64,000 nt of DNA from an uncultured Pelagibacteraceae bacterium (GCA_902609915.1 CACLTO010000003.1:3806-67805), one strand, 5' to 3'; counted from the stretch's first letter, positions 50,891-61,359 are shown. The notes: generated from the sequence alone by a model not told the origin. Translations and numbers: made by a program.

Positions 50891-51529
50891 ATGACTGCAG
50901 AAAATACAAAAGTAATAGACTTAAATATAAAAAAAGAAGAGAGAGTTTTAGATTTTAGTGACTTTCAAAAACAAGAGATAAGTTTTGATATTTCTAAACT
51001 TCAAGAAGCTTATAATCAAATAGTTCAAATCAAAAAATTTGAAGATGCTGGAGTTACACATTTTGGTGCTATATCGCTAACTCAAATACCTGGTGATCCT
51101 GAGTCTATTAAAGGAAACAAGGTTCGTGGAATTTATTGGACGAAACCTAATAAATCTGAAAAAGAAGTTTCAAGAGACGTAATGATTGATGAGTCAGCTT
51201 ACTCTGAATTTGTTAAAGATTATGAAAACACATACTTTAAGCATGTGTTTGACGTTTTATCTTCTAAATACAAGTTGGGAAGAATGAGAATTTTATTGAA
51301 AGAACCAAGATCTACTTTAAGTTGGCATAGAGATCCAGAACCAAGGTTACATATTCCTATAATCACAAACCCAGGTTGTTTAATGGTCATCGACAATGTT
51401 GCAAAACATATGCCTGCGGATGGCTCAGTTTGGATAACCAATAATACTAAATACCATAATGCATTCAATGGTGGAGAAGAAAATAGGATACATTTAGTTG
51501 CATGTGTTTTAGATTACAAATTTAACTAA
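50891..51529 (+). CDS. Aspartyl/asparaginyl beta-hydroxylase-family 2OG-Fe(II) oxygenase
   Basis: WHRD (HxD), RLHIPIITNPG, distal H and R in YHNAFNGGEENRIHLV. Confidence 0.82.
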   Translation: MTAENTKVIDLNIKKEERVLDFSDFQKQEISFDISKLQEAYNQIVQIKKFEDAGVTHFGAISLTQIPGDPESIKGNKVRGIYWTKPNKSEKEVSRDVMIDESAYSEFVKDYENTYFKHVFDVLSSKYKLGRMRILLKEPRSTLSWHRDPEPRLHIPIITNPGCLMVIDNVAKHMPADGSVWITNNTKYHNAFNGGEENRIHLVACVLDYKFN

Positions 51530-51530
51530 T

Positions 51531-51956
51531 TTGAAAAAAATATTCATTTCATCAGATCACGCTGGATTTAGACTAAAGGAAGATATTAAAATTTCTCTCA
51601 AAAGGAAAAAGTTAAAATTTGAGGATCTCGGTCCTGAAAATGATGATAGGGTTGATTATCCAGATTATGCACATAAGTTAGCTAGAAAAATAAAAGTCAG
51701 TAAGAATAATATTGGTATTTTAGTGTGTGGATCTGGAACTGGAATGAATATTGCGGCAAATAAGCATAAAAACATACGTGCAGCACAATGTTTTAATGCA
51801 AAATCAACAAAATTATCCAGATTGCATAATGATGCAAACATCATTACATTAGGAGCTAGGCTAATTAGTAAAAAAAATGCCTTGAAATTTGTGAATATTT
51901 TTTTAAATACAAATTTTGATGGTGGTAGACACCTAAAAAGAGTAAAGAAGATATAA
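51531..51956 (+). CDS. rpiB: Ribose 5-phosphate isomerase B, TTG start
   Basis: SDHAG, VDYPDYA, CGSGTG, HNDAN, FDGGRH. Confidence 0.96.
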   Translation: MKKIFISSDHAGFRLKEDIKISLKRKKLKFEDLGPENDDRVDYPDYAHKLARKIKVSKNNIGILVCGSGTGMNIAANKHKNIRAAQCFNAKSTKLSRLHNDANIITLGARLISKKNALKFVNIFLNTNFDGGRHLKRVKKI

Positions 51957-51958
51957 TT

Positions 51959-53266
51959 ATGTCTAGTGAAAAAAATTATTTGAACGATAGTTACAAAAGT
52001 TTCTTTGAGGATAGTTTATCTGTAAAAGATCCTGAAATTTATAAAGCAATTCAGGATGAGTTATTAAGACAACAACAACATATTGAATTAATAGCATCAG
52101 AAAATATTGTTTCACAGGCCGTATTAGAAGCTCAGGGTTCTGTCTTAACTAACAAATATGCAGAGGGTTATCCTGGTAAACGTTACTATAATGGATGTGA
52201 GCACGTTGATGTTGCGGAAAGTCTTGCTAATGATAGATTAAAAAAATTATTTAATTGTAAGTTTGCTAATTCTCAACCACACTCAGGCGCACAAGCAAAT
52301 GGTGCTGTATTTTTGGCTCTTTTAAAACCTGGTGATACTTTCATGGGAATGAGTTTAAATTCAGGAGGTCATATTACTCATGGTTTAAAAATTTCAATGT
52401 CAGGAAAATGGTTTAATCCGATAGGGTATGATGTTGATAAAAAATCTGAACTTATAGATTATGATAATGTTGAAAAACTCGCATTAGAACATAAACCAAA
52501 ACTTATAATAGCTGGTGGAAGTGCTTACTCAAGAGTTATAGATTTTAAGAGATTTAGAGAAATTGCAGATAAAGTTGGTGCATATTTAATGGTAGATATG
52601 GCACATTTTTCAGGTTTAGTTGCTGGTAAAGGTTATCCTAATCCTTGTGATCATGCTCATGTTGTTACCTCAACAACCCATAAAGTTTTCAGAAGTGCGA
52701 GGGGTGGAATAATTTTAACTAACCACGAAGATCTTGCTAAAAAATTTAATACAGCTGTATTTCCTGGTTATCAAGGTGGACCATTAATGCATATCATCGC
52801 AGCTAAAGCCGCGGGATTTCTTGAAGCTTTGCAGCCAGAGTTTAAAGATTATATAAAAACAGTTTTAGCTAATGCAAAAATTTTAGCAGAAACTTTAAAA
52901 AATAATGGTTTTAAAATTTATTCTGATGGTACTGATACGCATCTTATGTTGGTTGATTTACGACCTTACAATGTAAAAGGCAACTTAGCTGCTGAAAGCT
53001 TATCAAGAGCTAACATTACATGTAATAAAAATGGTATTCCTTTTGATACAGAAAAACCAATGGTAACATCTGGTATAAGACTAGGAACACAAGCTATTAC
53101 AACACGTGGTTTTGGTTTAAATGAATGTAAGAAAGTGGGTGAATTGATTACAAAAACTCTTAAAGGATTATCAGAAAACCCTGATGACAACAGTAAAGTA
53201 GAAGATGAAGTTAGAAATGAAGTTATTGCTTTAACTTCTTCATTTCCGATATATAAGAATCTTTAG
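51959..53266 (+). CDS. glyA: Serine hydroxymethyltransferase
   Basis: [34 protein letters not shown]. Confidence 0.98.
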   Translation: MSSEKNYLNDSYKSFFEDSLSVKDPEIYKAIQDELLRQQQHIELIASENIVSQAVLEAQGSVLTNKYAEGYPGKRYYNGCEHVDVAESLANDRLKKLFNCKFANSQPHSGAQANGAVFLALLKPGDTFMGMSLNSGGHITHGLKISMSGKWFNPIGYDVDKKSELIDYDNVEKLALEHKPKLIIAGGSAYSRVIDFKRFREIADKVGAYLMVDMAHFSGLVAGKGYPNPCDHAHVVTSTTHKVFRSARGGIILTNHEDLAKKFNTAVFPGYQGGPLMHIIAAKAAGFLEALQPEFKDYIKTVLANAKILAETLKNNGFKIYSDGTDTHLMLVDLRPYNVKGNLAAESLSRANITCNKNGIPFDTEKPMVTSGIRLGTQAITTRGFGLNECKKVGELITKTLKGLSENPDDNSKVEDEVRNEVIALTSSFPIYKNL

Positions 53267-53269
53267 TTA

Positions 53270-53728
53270 ATGATTTGTTCTATTTGTAAAAAGGGTGAAA
53301 CCTCCGTTGTTGATTCACGTCCTACTGAAGATGGTACAGCAATTAGAAGAAGAAGACTGTGTGTTTGTGGTGCTCGTTTTACAACTTTTGAAAGAGTTCA
53401 GTTTAGAGAAATAATGGTAGTAAAAAAGAATGGAAGAAAATCCACTTTTGATAGAGATAAATTATCAAAATCTATTTACTTATCTTTAAAAAAGAGACCT
53501 ATAGATACAGAAACAGCAGAAAAATTTATCAGTCGAATTTCAAGAGCTTTAGAAGAACTTGGTCAAAGTGAAATTTCAACAAGTACAATTGGCACAATGG
53601 TAATGGAAGGTTTAAAAGAATTAGATCCTGTTGCTTACGTAAGATTTGCATCAGTTTACAGAAATTTTAGAGAAGAAAAAGATTTTGTACAATTCGTGGA
53701 CAAGCTTGATGTCTACAAAAAAAGATAA
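53270..53728 (+). CDS. nrdR: Transcriptional repressor NrdR
   Basis: VVDSR, IRRRR, RFTTFE, ATP cone, VAYVRFASVY. Confidence 0.98.
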   Translation: MICSICKKGETSVVDSRPTEDGTAIRRRRLCVCGARFTTFERVQFREIMVVKKNGRKSTFDRDKLSKSIYLSLKKRPIDTETAEKFISRISRALEELGQSEISTSTIGTMVMEGLKELDPVAYVRFASVYRNFREEKDFVQFVDKLDVYKKR

Positions 53729-54815
53729 ATTTTCATCAAAAGATAAATTGTATATGGAGATAGCCTTAAAATTGGCTAAATCTCGCTATGGTCATACTGG
53801 ATCTAATCCTTCTGTTGGATGTGTGATTGTTAAAAACGATAAAATTATTTCTATAGGTCAAACATCGTTTAATGGAAGACCTCATGCGGAATCTAACGCA
53901 ATTAAAAATTCTACTGAAAATTTGAATGGATCAATAATGTACGTGACTTTGGAACCATGCTGTCATCATGGTATGACACCACCTTGTACAGATTTAATAA
54001 TAAAATCTAAAATCTCAGAGGTAATTTATTCAGTTCAAGATATAGATGTTAGAGTTAAGAATAAAAGTTTTAAGATTTTAAAATCTAAAAAAATTAAAGT
54101 AAAAAAAGGGCTTCTGGTAAACAAGGTTAAAAATTTTTACTCAACATATTTTTTTAATAGAAAGAAAAAATTGCCATATGTTACTGGTAAAATAGCTGTT
54201 TCGAAAAATAATCTAATTTATAGCAAACTGGATAAGAAAATTACAAACATTAAGGCTGATAAATTTACCCATCTACTAAGATATAAAAGCGACTCATTGA
54301 TGATTTCATATAAAACTTTAAATAACGATAATCCTAAATTAAATTGTAGATTAAAGGGTTTAAAGAAGTATTCTCCAAAAAGAATTATTTTAGATAACAA
54401 ACTAAATACAAATATAAAAAGTTTTATAATAAATAGTGCTAACAAATCTAATACATTTATTTTTTACAATAAAGCAAACAAATCGCAAATTTTAAAATTT
54501 AAAAAAAAAGGAATAAATTTAATATCTTCCAAAATTGATAATAAAGGAAGATTTGATATCAAAATTCTACTAAAGAAACTTTATAAATTGAATTGCAGAA
54601 ATTTATTAATAGAGGGAGGTGATGAATTAACCAAATATCTGTTGAGAAATAAAATTTTCAATAGATTTTTTCTATATGAAAGTAATAAAAAACTCTCAAA
54701 AAGATCTAATTATCTGAATTTTAATAGTCTAAATTTGTTAAGACGTAAATATAAAAAAAAGATTAACTTAAAACTAAATTTAGGAAAAAATAAAATAACG
54801 TTGTATAAAAATTAA
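53709..54815 (+). CDS. ribD: Riboflavin deaminase/reductase RibD; start ATG 53709
   Basis: NPSVGC, HAE, YVTLEPCCH...TPPC; divergent reductase half (DNPKLNCR, IEGG). Confidence 0.93.
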   Translation: MSTKKDKFSSKDKLYMEIALKLAKSRYGHTGSNPSVGCVIVKNDKIISIGQTSFNGRPHAESNAIKNSTENLNGSIMYVTLEPCCHHGMTPPCTDLIIKSKISEVIYSVQDIDVRVKNKSFKILKSKKIKVKKGLLVNKVKNFYSTYFFNRKKKLPYVTGKIAVSKNNLIYSKLDKKITNIKADKFTHLLRYKSDSLMISYKTLNNDNPKLNCRLKGLKKYSPKRIILDNKLNTNIKSFIINSANKSNTFIFYNKANKSQILKFKKKGINLISSKIDNKGRFDIKILLKKLYKLNCRNLLIEGGDELTKYLLRNKIFNRFFLYESNKKLSKRSNYLNFNSLNLLRRKYKKKINLKLNLGKNKITLYKN

Positions 54816-54816
54816 T

Positions 54817-55410
54817 ATGTTTAATGGAATAATATATAATCAAGGTATAATTACAAAAATTGCCAAAAGACCAAAAGGAGTCAATATATTTGTAAAAAGT
54901 AATCTTAAAATTTCTAAAAAAGATATTGGATTATCAGTAGCTTGTGATGGTGTGTGTTTAACTTTGATTACTTACAAATCAAAGTTGATGGAATTTTATC
55001 TTTCAAAAGAAACAATAAATCGTTCTAAATTTAAACATATAAAGAAAAATGACATAATTAATTTAGAGTTACCACTTAAGTATGGAACAAAAATTTCAGG
55101 ACATATTTGTCAGGGTCATGTTGATACAGTTGCGAAAGTGTTAAGTATAAAAAAAATTGATAAATCATTTATTTTTGATTTTGAGATACCAAAAAAGGAG
55201 AGAGAGCATCTCATTGAAAAGGCCTCAATTTGTGTAAATGGAATATCACTTACAATTTCAAAAGTAACAAAAAAAGGTTTTCAAATTTGGATAATTCCAC
55301 ATACTTATAAAGAGACCAATTTATCTAGAATCAATAAATACGGTTTAGTAAATATTGAGATAGATATCTTGTCTAAATACGTTAGAAATTATTTTTATGA
55401 TAAAAAATAA
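54817..55410 (+). CDS. ribE: Riboflavin synthase alpha chain
   Basis: MFNGII, SVACDGVCLT, GHICQGHVD, NGISLT, VNIEID. Confidence 0.96.
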   Translation: MFNGIIYNQGIITKIAKRPKGVNIFVKSNLKISKKDIGLSVACDGVCLTLITYKSKLMEFYLSKETINRSKFKHIKKNDIINLELPLKYGTKISGHICQGHVDTVAKVLSIKKIDKSFIFDFEIPKKEREHLIEKASICVNGISLTISKVTKKGFQIWIIPHTYKETNLSRINKYGLVNIEIDILSKYVRNYFYDKK

Positions 55411-56497
55411 TTTCGCACCAATTGAAAGTATTATATCCGTAGCTAAAAAAGGTGGGATGTTCATATTAGTTGATGACGAAAAAAGAGAAAATGAAGGTGA
55501 TTTAGTAATTTCATCATCAGATACAAATTCAAAAAATATTAACTTTATGGCTAAATTTGGAAGAGGTCTAATTTGTCTTGCTCTGGACTCACTACAAGCA
55601 AAAAGATTAAATTTACCTCTCATGTCACCTGTTAATCAATCTAGAAATAAAACTGCATTTACAATTTCTATAGAGGCTAAGAAGGGCATTACCACAGGTA
55701 TTTCTGCTAAAGATCGTGCGAAAACAATTAAAATTGCGTCAAAAAAAAATGTTAAAAAAAATGAAATTGTCTCTCCTGGTCACGTTTTTCCAATAATAGC
55801 TAAAGATGGAGGTGTTCTTGTGAGAGCAGGTCATACCGAGGCTTCTGTAGATATTTCTAGATTGGCAAAAAAAAATAATTCAGCAGTGATATGCGAAATT
55901 ATGAATGAAGATGGGACAATGGCTAGAGGTCAAGATCTATTCAATTTTGCTAAAAAACACAAATTAAAAATTGGTAAGATCGAGGATTTAATTGCTTATA
56001 GACTAAAAAAAGAAAAACTTGTTAAACTAAAAAAACAAAGCCAAATTAACGTAAAAAAACAAAAATATAAGATTAAAATTTACGAAAACTTACTAGATGG
56101 CTCTGAACACTTTGCACTTATAAAGGGTAAGATTAAAAAAGGTATTACTCCAAGAGTAAGAGTAATCTCATCTAATATTGTACAAAATTATTTGATCAAT
56201 CAAAAATTACCTAATTCATTTAATAAAACTCTTGATTATTTTAAAAAATATCAAAATTGTGTCTTAATATTTATTAAAGACACAAATTTAAGTTCTGTTA
56301 CACAAACTTTGAGGAAATATAAAAATAAAGAATTTGATAAAAAAGGAGGTGATAAATCAATTAAAAATTATGGTATTGGTGCTCAAATAATTAAAGATCT
56401 AAATATTAAAAATATGATATTAATAACCAGATCTCTTAAAAAAGTTATTGGTTTAGATGGATACGGAATTAAAATTAAAAAACAGGAATTAATTTAA
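55397..56497 (+). CDS. ribB: DHBP synthase fused to a degenerate GTP cyclohydrolase II-like domain (RibBX type)
   Basis: DDEKRENEGD, PGHVFP, RAGHTEA, CEIMNEDG; C-domain keeps YGIGAQI but has no Zn-binding Cys motif. Confidence 0.94.
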   Translation: MIKNNFAPIESIISVAKKGGMFILVDDEKRENEGDLVISSSDTNSKNINFMAKFGRGLICLALDSLQAKRLNLPLMSPVNQSRNKTAFTISIEAKKGITTGISAKDRAKTIKIASKKNVKKNEIVSPGHVFPIIAKDGGVLVRAGHTEASVDISRLAKKNNSAVICEIMNEDGTMARGQDLFNFAKKHKLKIGKIEDLIAYRLKKEKLVKLKKQSQINVKKQKYKIKIYENLLDGSEHFALIKGKIKKGITPRVRVISSNIVQNYLINQKLPNSFNKTLDYFKKYQNCVLIFIKDTNLSSVTQTLRKYKNKEFDKKGGDKSIKNYGIGAQIIKDLNIKNMILITRSLKKVIGLDGYGIKIKKQELI

Positions 56498-56886
56498 TGA
56501 AAAAAAAAATTCTTATTGTTTCGGCAGATTATTACAGAAATATCGCAAGTGGTTTGATTAATAGTGCTATAAAATCAATTCCAAAAACAAATAAGGTAAG
56601 AATAATTGAGGTTCCGGGTGCTTTTGAAATCCCCGTAGTAATCTCAAAGAATATTAATAAATATGATGGTTTTTTAGCGCTCGGATGTGTTATTAAAGGA
56701 AAAACTCCACACTTTGATTTTATTTCTCAAGCATCAATAAATGCAATTATGGATTTGTCGATTACTAGTAAAAAACCTATTGGTAATGGAATAATTACTT
56801 GTCTTAATATGTCACAAGCCAAAGCTAGAATAATAAAAGGCGCTGAGGCTGCAAAAGCTGTCATCTCTATTTTGTCACTAAAATGA
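56497..56886 (+). CDS. ribH: 6,7-dimethyl-8-ribityllumazine synthase
   Basis: VPGAFEIP, LGCVIKGKTPHFD, GNGIIT. Confidence 0.96.
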   Translation: MKKKILIVSADYYRNIASGLINSAIKSIPKTNKVRIIEVPGAFEIPVVISKNINKYDGFLALGCVIKGKTPHFDFISQASINAIMDLSITSKKPIGNGIITCLNMSQAKARIIKGAEAAKAVISILSLK

Positions 56887-57287
56887 GAACTCACTTTAAT
56901 CCAAAAAATAATCCAAGAGTAATTATAATTCAAAAATTGTATGGTAGATTTTATAATGAAGAAAATGACTTAGATTTCCCTAAACATAGATTCAAAAAAT
57001 TTATTAAAGATATAGTGAATGGAACTATTGAAAGAAACGACCTCATTTTATATGAATTAAATAGTAAACTTGGGGATGATTTTACTTTTGAAAAATTAGA
57101 TAAAATCCTACAAACAATTTTAAAAGCCGCAACTTATGAGTTTATGTATAAGCCAAATTTATCTATAAATATTATTATCAAAGAATATTTAAATTCATCA
57201 AACTTTTTTTTAGCAGACTCACAAACTAAATATCTTAACGCTTTATTAGATAATCTAGGAAAAAAACTAAGATCAAATAATGCATGA
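56883..57287 (+). CDS. nusB: Transcription antitermination factor NusB, divergent
   Basis: ILKAATYE, IIIKEY, YLNALLD; lies between ribH and thiL. Confidence 0.87.
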   Translation: MRTHFNPKNNPRVIIIQKLYGRFYNEENDLDFPKHRFKKFIKDIVNGTIERNDLILYELNSKLGDDFTFEKLDKILQTILKAATYEFMYKPNLSINIIIKEYLNSSNFFLADSQTKYLNALLDNLGKKLRSNNA

Positions 57288-58239
57288 ATTTGAATTAATA
57301 AATAGTTACTTTTCTAAAATCTCTAAGAAAAATAAAGCTGCTCTTAACCTTAACGACGATGTTTTTTTTGATAAAAAGAAGGGTTTAGTAATTTCCATTG
57401 ATACATACATTAATGGTATCCATTTTGTTAATTTTAATTCACCTAGTCTTGTTATTAAAAAGATATTAAGATCTTCCATATCTGATTTGATTTGCAAGGG
57501 TGTAATACCAAAATTTTACTTCGTTTCGGGATCTGGAAACAGCAAAACATTTTCTAAAAAAAACTTGTTACAAATTTCAGAGTCACTTAAAAATGAACAA
57601 CTAAGATACAATCTTAATTTGTGTGGAGGTGACACTACATTTTCAAATAAATTAAGTTTTACCATCACTTCTTTAGGTTATTCTAAAAAAATAGTTTATA
57701 GAAATAAGGCTCATATAAATGATGATATTTATGTAACAGGAAATTTAGGAGATAGTTTTATCGGCCTTCAGATTTTAAAAAGAAAAATTCTTGTAAACAA
57801 AAAAATTTCCAGATTTTTTATAAATAAATATTATCATCCGCAATTACAACTTAAATTAACTAATCATTTATTTAAATTTGCAAATACATCAATTGACATT
57901 TCCGATGGTCTCATAGGAGATTTAGAGAAAATGATTAATCGTCAAAATTTCTCTTTTTTATTAAATGAAAGTAAAATACCAACATCTGTAAATCTAAGTC
58001 GGTTAATTTATAAAAACAAATTAAGAAAAATTAACATTGTTTCAAATGGTGATGATTATCAAATTTTATTTACAGCAAATTCAAATAAAAGTAGAATCAT
58101 TAAAAAGATCTCAAAAAATTTAGGAGTTAAAATAACAAAAATTGGTAAAATAATATCTGGTCAAAAAAAATCTTTGATAATTGATGCAAAAGGTAAGCAA
58201 ATAAAGGCTATTAATAAAGCTTATACACATCAATTTTGA
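57280..58239 (+). CDS. thiL: Thiamine-monophosphate kinase
   Basis: EFELI, DD, GIHF, SDL, GGDT, IDISDGL, GDDY. Confidence 0.93.
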   Translation: MHEFELINSYFSKISKKNKAALNLNDDVFFDKKKGLVISIDTYINGIHFVNFNSPSLVIKKILRSSISDLICKGVIPKFYFVSGSGNSKTFSKKNLLQISESLKNEQLRYNLNLCGGDTTFSNKLSFTITSLGYSKKIVYRNKAHINDDIYVTGNLGDSFIGLQILKRKILVNKKISRFFINKYYHPQLQLKLTNHLFKFANTSIDISDGLIGDLEKMINRQNFSFLLNESKIPTSVNLSRLIYKNKLRKINIVSNGDDYQILFTANSNKSRIIKKISKNLGVKITKIGKIISGQKKSLIIDAKGKQIKAINKAYTHQF

Positions 58240-58249
58240 AAGTTAATCG

Positions 58250-58277
58250 TTGTCTTTTTTATCTTTTTTTGTATTGT
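58250..58277 (+). promoter_or_regulatory. Putative sigma70 promoter of hppA
   Basis: TTGTCT-16 nt-TATTGT. Confidence 0.4.
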
Positions 58278-58314
58278 CCGGCTTTAAATTAACAACCAAT
58301 AACCTAAGGTTTAT

Positions 58315-60420
58315 ATGAACGGAACAGTTGAAACTATTTTACTATACACAATTGCTGCTGGTTTATTATCTATTGTTTATGGATTTTTAACTGGAAAAAA
58401 TATTCTTAATTCGAGCACTGGAAATTCAAAAATGCAAGATATAGCATCTGCAATTCAAATCGGTGCAAAAGCATATTTAGCAAGACAGTATAAAACCATT
58501 GCTATTGTTGGAGTAGTTGTATTAGTTATTGTTAGTATTGCATTTAGTCCTCTGGTTGGACTTGGTTATTTAATCGGTGCTGCTTTATCTGGAATTGCTG
58601 GATATGTTGGTATGTTAGTTTCAGTTGAGGCCAATGTTAGAACTGCAGAGGCTTCAAAAAAAGGTTTAGCGAAAGGTCTTTCAATAGCTTTTAAATCGGG
58701 TGCTGTTACTGGTATGTTGGTTGCCGGATTAGCACTATTATCAATTGCAGTTTATTATTATTTGTTATTAAGATTAAATATTGAAGACAGAGAAATTGTA
58801 AACGCGCTTGTTGCTCTAGGTTTTGGTGCATCCTTAATTTCAATCTTTGCAAGATTAGGGGGAGGAATTTTTACTAAGGGAGCTGATGTTGGTGCTGACT
58901 TAGTTGGTAAAGTTGAGGCTGGAATACCTGAAGATGATCCAAGAAATCCAGCGGTAATCGCTGATAATGTAGGGGATAATGTGGGTGATTGTGCGGGTAT
59001 GGCTGCTGATTTATTTGAAACTTATGCTGTCACAATTGTTGCTACAATGGTTTTGTCCTCAATTTTTTTTATTGGTGATCTAAACATGATGATTTATCCT
59101 CTTACGATTGGAGCAGCTTGTTTAATAACATCAATCATCGGTACTTTTTTTGTTAAACTTGGAAAATCTAATAACGTTATGAATGCTTTATATAAAGGTT
59201 TCATTGTTTCAGCTATAGCATCGTTATTGATATTATGGCCTGTAACTGATTATGTTATTGGTTTCACTAGTGAGTTTACAGTCAATGAAAAAACTTTTAA
59301 TGGAAAAGATTTATACTACTGCGGTGTAATTGGTCTTGTAATTACAGGATTATTAATTTGGATAACTGAATATTACACAGGAACAAGTTATAGACCTGTC
59401 AAATCAGTAGCTTTGTCTTCAACTACTGGACATGGAACAAATGTTATTCAGGGTTTAGCGGTATCAATGGAAGCTACTGCTATTCCAGCGCTTATAATTG
59501 TTGCGGGAATTTTAGTCACAAATTCTATTGCAGGTTTATTTGGTATTGCAATTGCAGTAACTACTATGCTTGCATTAGCAGGTATGGTTGTAGCTTTAGA
59601 TGCTTATGGTCCAGTTACAGACAATGCAGGTGGTATAGCAGAAATGTCTAATCTAGATAAAAAAGTTAGAAAAACTACAGATGCATTAGATGCCGTTGGT
59701 AACACAACAAAGGCTGTAACAAAAGGTTATGCAATTGGATCTGCAGGTTTAGGTGCACTAGTTTTATTTGCTGCATACACTGAAGATATTAAACATTTTT
59801 CTAAGGAAGCAGGTTCTGCTCTAGAAGGCATTGTAGTTACTTTTGATTTATCCAATCCTTATGTTGTTGTTGGTTTATTAATTGGTGGAATGTTACCTTA
59901 TTTATTTGGATCAATGGGCATGCAAGCTGTTGGTAGAGCAGGTGGAGCTGTTGTAGTCGAGGTTAGAAGACAATTCAAAAAATATCCAGGCATAATGAAG
60001 AGAAAACAAAAACCCGATTATGCAAAATTAGTTGATTTATTAACTGTTGCTGCAATTAAAGAAATGATTATACCATCATTGTTACCAGTTCTATCACCAG
60101 TGGTTTTATATTTTATAATTTTATCAATAGGCGGCCAAGTAGCAGCTCTCGCATCTGTGGGCGCTATGTTACTAGGTGTTATCATAACCGGACTTTTTGT
60201 TGCCGTATCAATGACAGCTGGTGGTGGAGCATGGGATAATGCAAAAAAGTTTATTGAAGACGGAAATCATGGTGGTAAAGGATCAGAAGCACATAAAGCT
60301 GCAGTTACTGGTGATACTGTTGGAGATCCTTATAAAGATACAGCCGGTCCAGCAGTAAACCCTATGATTAAAATTACAAACATAGTAGCATTATTATTAT
60401 TAGCAGTTATTGCTGGATAG
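58315..60420 (+). CDS. hppA: Membrane-bound proton-translocating pyrophosphatase, K+-independent type
   Basis: [42 protein letters not shown]. Confidence 0.97.
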   Translation: MNGTVETILLYTIAAGLLSIVYGFLTGKNILNSSTGNSKMQDIASAIQIGAKAYLARQYKTIAIVGVVVLVIVSIAFSPLVGLGYLIGAALSGIAGYVGMLVSVEANVRTAEASKKGLAKGLSIAFKSGAVTGMLVAGLALLSIAVYYYLLLRLNIEDREIVNALVALGFGASLISIFARLGGGIFTKGADVGADLVGKVEAGIPEDDPRNPAVIADNVGDNVGDCAGMAADLFETYAVTIVATMVLSSIFFIGDLNMMIYPLTIGAACLITSIIGTFFVKLGKSNNVMNALYKGFIVSAIASLLILWPVTDYVIGFTSEFTVNEKTFNGKDLYYCGVIGLVITGLLIWITEYYTGTSYRPVKSVALSSTTGHGTNVIQGLAVSMEATAIPALIIVAGILVTNSIAGLFGIAIAVTTMLALAGMVVALDAYGPVTDNAGGIAEMSNLDKKVRKTTDALDAVGNTTKAVTKGYAIGSAGLGALVLFAAYTEDIKHFSKEAGSALEGIVVTFDLSNPYVVVGLLIGGMLPYLFGSMGMQAVGRAGGAVVVEVRRQFKKYPGIMKRKQKPDYAKLVDLLTVAAIKEMIIPSLLPVLSPVVLYFIILSIGGQVAALASVGAMLLGVIITGLFVAVSMTAGGGAWDNAKKFIEDGNHGGKGSEAHKAAVTGDTVGDPYKDTAGPAVNPMIKITNIVALLLLAVIAG

Positions 60421-60421
60421 G

Positions 60422-60892
60422 TTATTTTCCAATTAATGACCCTCTTTTTTTCCCAAGTGGGTCGTTAATTTTCGACCTTACACCGGATAGAGTCTTATAT
60501 ATAAAAGACTGCTTTCCTACATCAACGTTAGTAATCTTTTTTGAAAAATCAATCCTATTAAGATCATCTTTATTTAAAAATTTTTTACTTACCAGCATAC
60601 CTCTGTCATCTACTTCAAGCAATAAAACATTATTAGTAATTAGTTTCTTTTTTCCCAACTTATGTAGTTTCGAATTAGATGTTTTTCTCTCTAAAAAAAC
60701 CATTACTTTATTATCAAAATAACTAGTTGATGAAGCTGGACCAAGTATTTTATCAATATCGTTTATATTTGAATTGTCTATTAATAATTTTTTACTTTTT
60801 ATCTCCAGATTATGTATTCCATGGTGATTAACAATTTTATTCAATTTACAACTGGTTAAAAAAATTGTTAAAATGATTAATAAAATTTTCAT
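60422..60892 (-). CDS. bamE: Outer membrane lipoprotein BamE/SmpA/OmlA-like
   Basis: Lipobox LTSC, HG...ILGPAS motif; conserved alphaproteobacterial position divergent from the Cbp3-like gene. Confidence 0.7.
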   Translation of the reverse strand: MKILLIILTIFLTSCKLNKIVNHHGIHNLEIKSKKLLIDNSNINDIDKILGPASSTSYFDNKVMVFLERKTSNSKLHKLGKKKLITNNVLLLEVDDRGMLVSKKFLNKDDLNRIDFSKKITNVDVGKQSFIYKTLSGVRSKINDPLGKKRGSLIGK

Positions 60893-60895
60893 TAA

Positions 60896-61357
60896 ATGAA
60901 TTATATTTATCTTTATAACAATTTAATAAATTTAACTACAAATAAATTACTTTACAAGAAACTAAGTATTCAAGACACTTTTAATGATCGATTATTGATA
61001 TTTCTGTTTCATTTTGCTTTTTTTTTAAAAGTTTTTAAAAACAAAGATAATGAAAAAAAACTTCAAGAAATTTATGACTTTAATTTTAGGCAACTTGAAT
61101 TAAGTATTAGAGAAATTGGATATGGTGACCAATCTATCAATAAGAAAATGAAAGATTATATTAATTTATTTCACGCTATTGTTTCTGATATACATTTCTG
61201 GGAAAATCTAACTTTAAATGAAAAAAAAGATATAATATCCAAATTTCTAGAAAATTTTAATAATATTGACGATCTAGTAGAGTATTTTCAGGATTTTTTT
61301 AAAAATTTATCAAAAAAAACTTTAAATTCTTATTTAAAAAGTGTAATTAACTCTTAA
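60896..61357 (+). CDS. Ubiquinol-cytochrome c chaperone (Cbp3/UPF0174-like)
   Basis: [24 protein letters not shown]. Confidence 0.85.
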   Translation: MNYIYLYNNLINLTTNKLLYKKLSIQDTFNDRLLIFLFHFAFFLKVFKNKDNEKKLQEIYDFNFRQLELSIREIGYGDQSINKKMKDYINLFHAIVSDIHFWENLTLNEKKDIISKFLENFNNIDDLVEYFQDFFKNLSKKTLNSYLKSVINS

Positions 61358-61359
61358 TT

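Noticed and set aside
40096-54817. Glycine riboswitch before soxB or glyA; FMN riboswitch before the rib genes
   Set aside because: The spacers are 0-74 nt and AT-rich, too short and without aptamer motifs.
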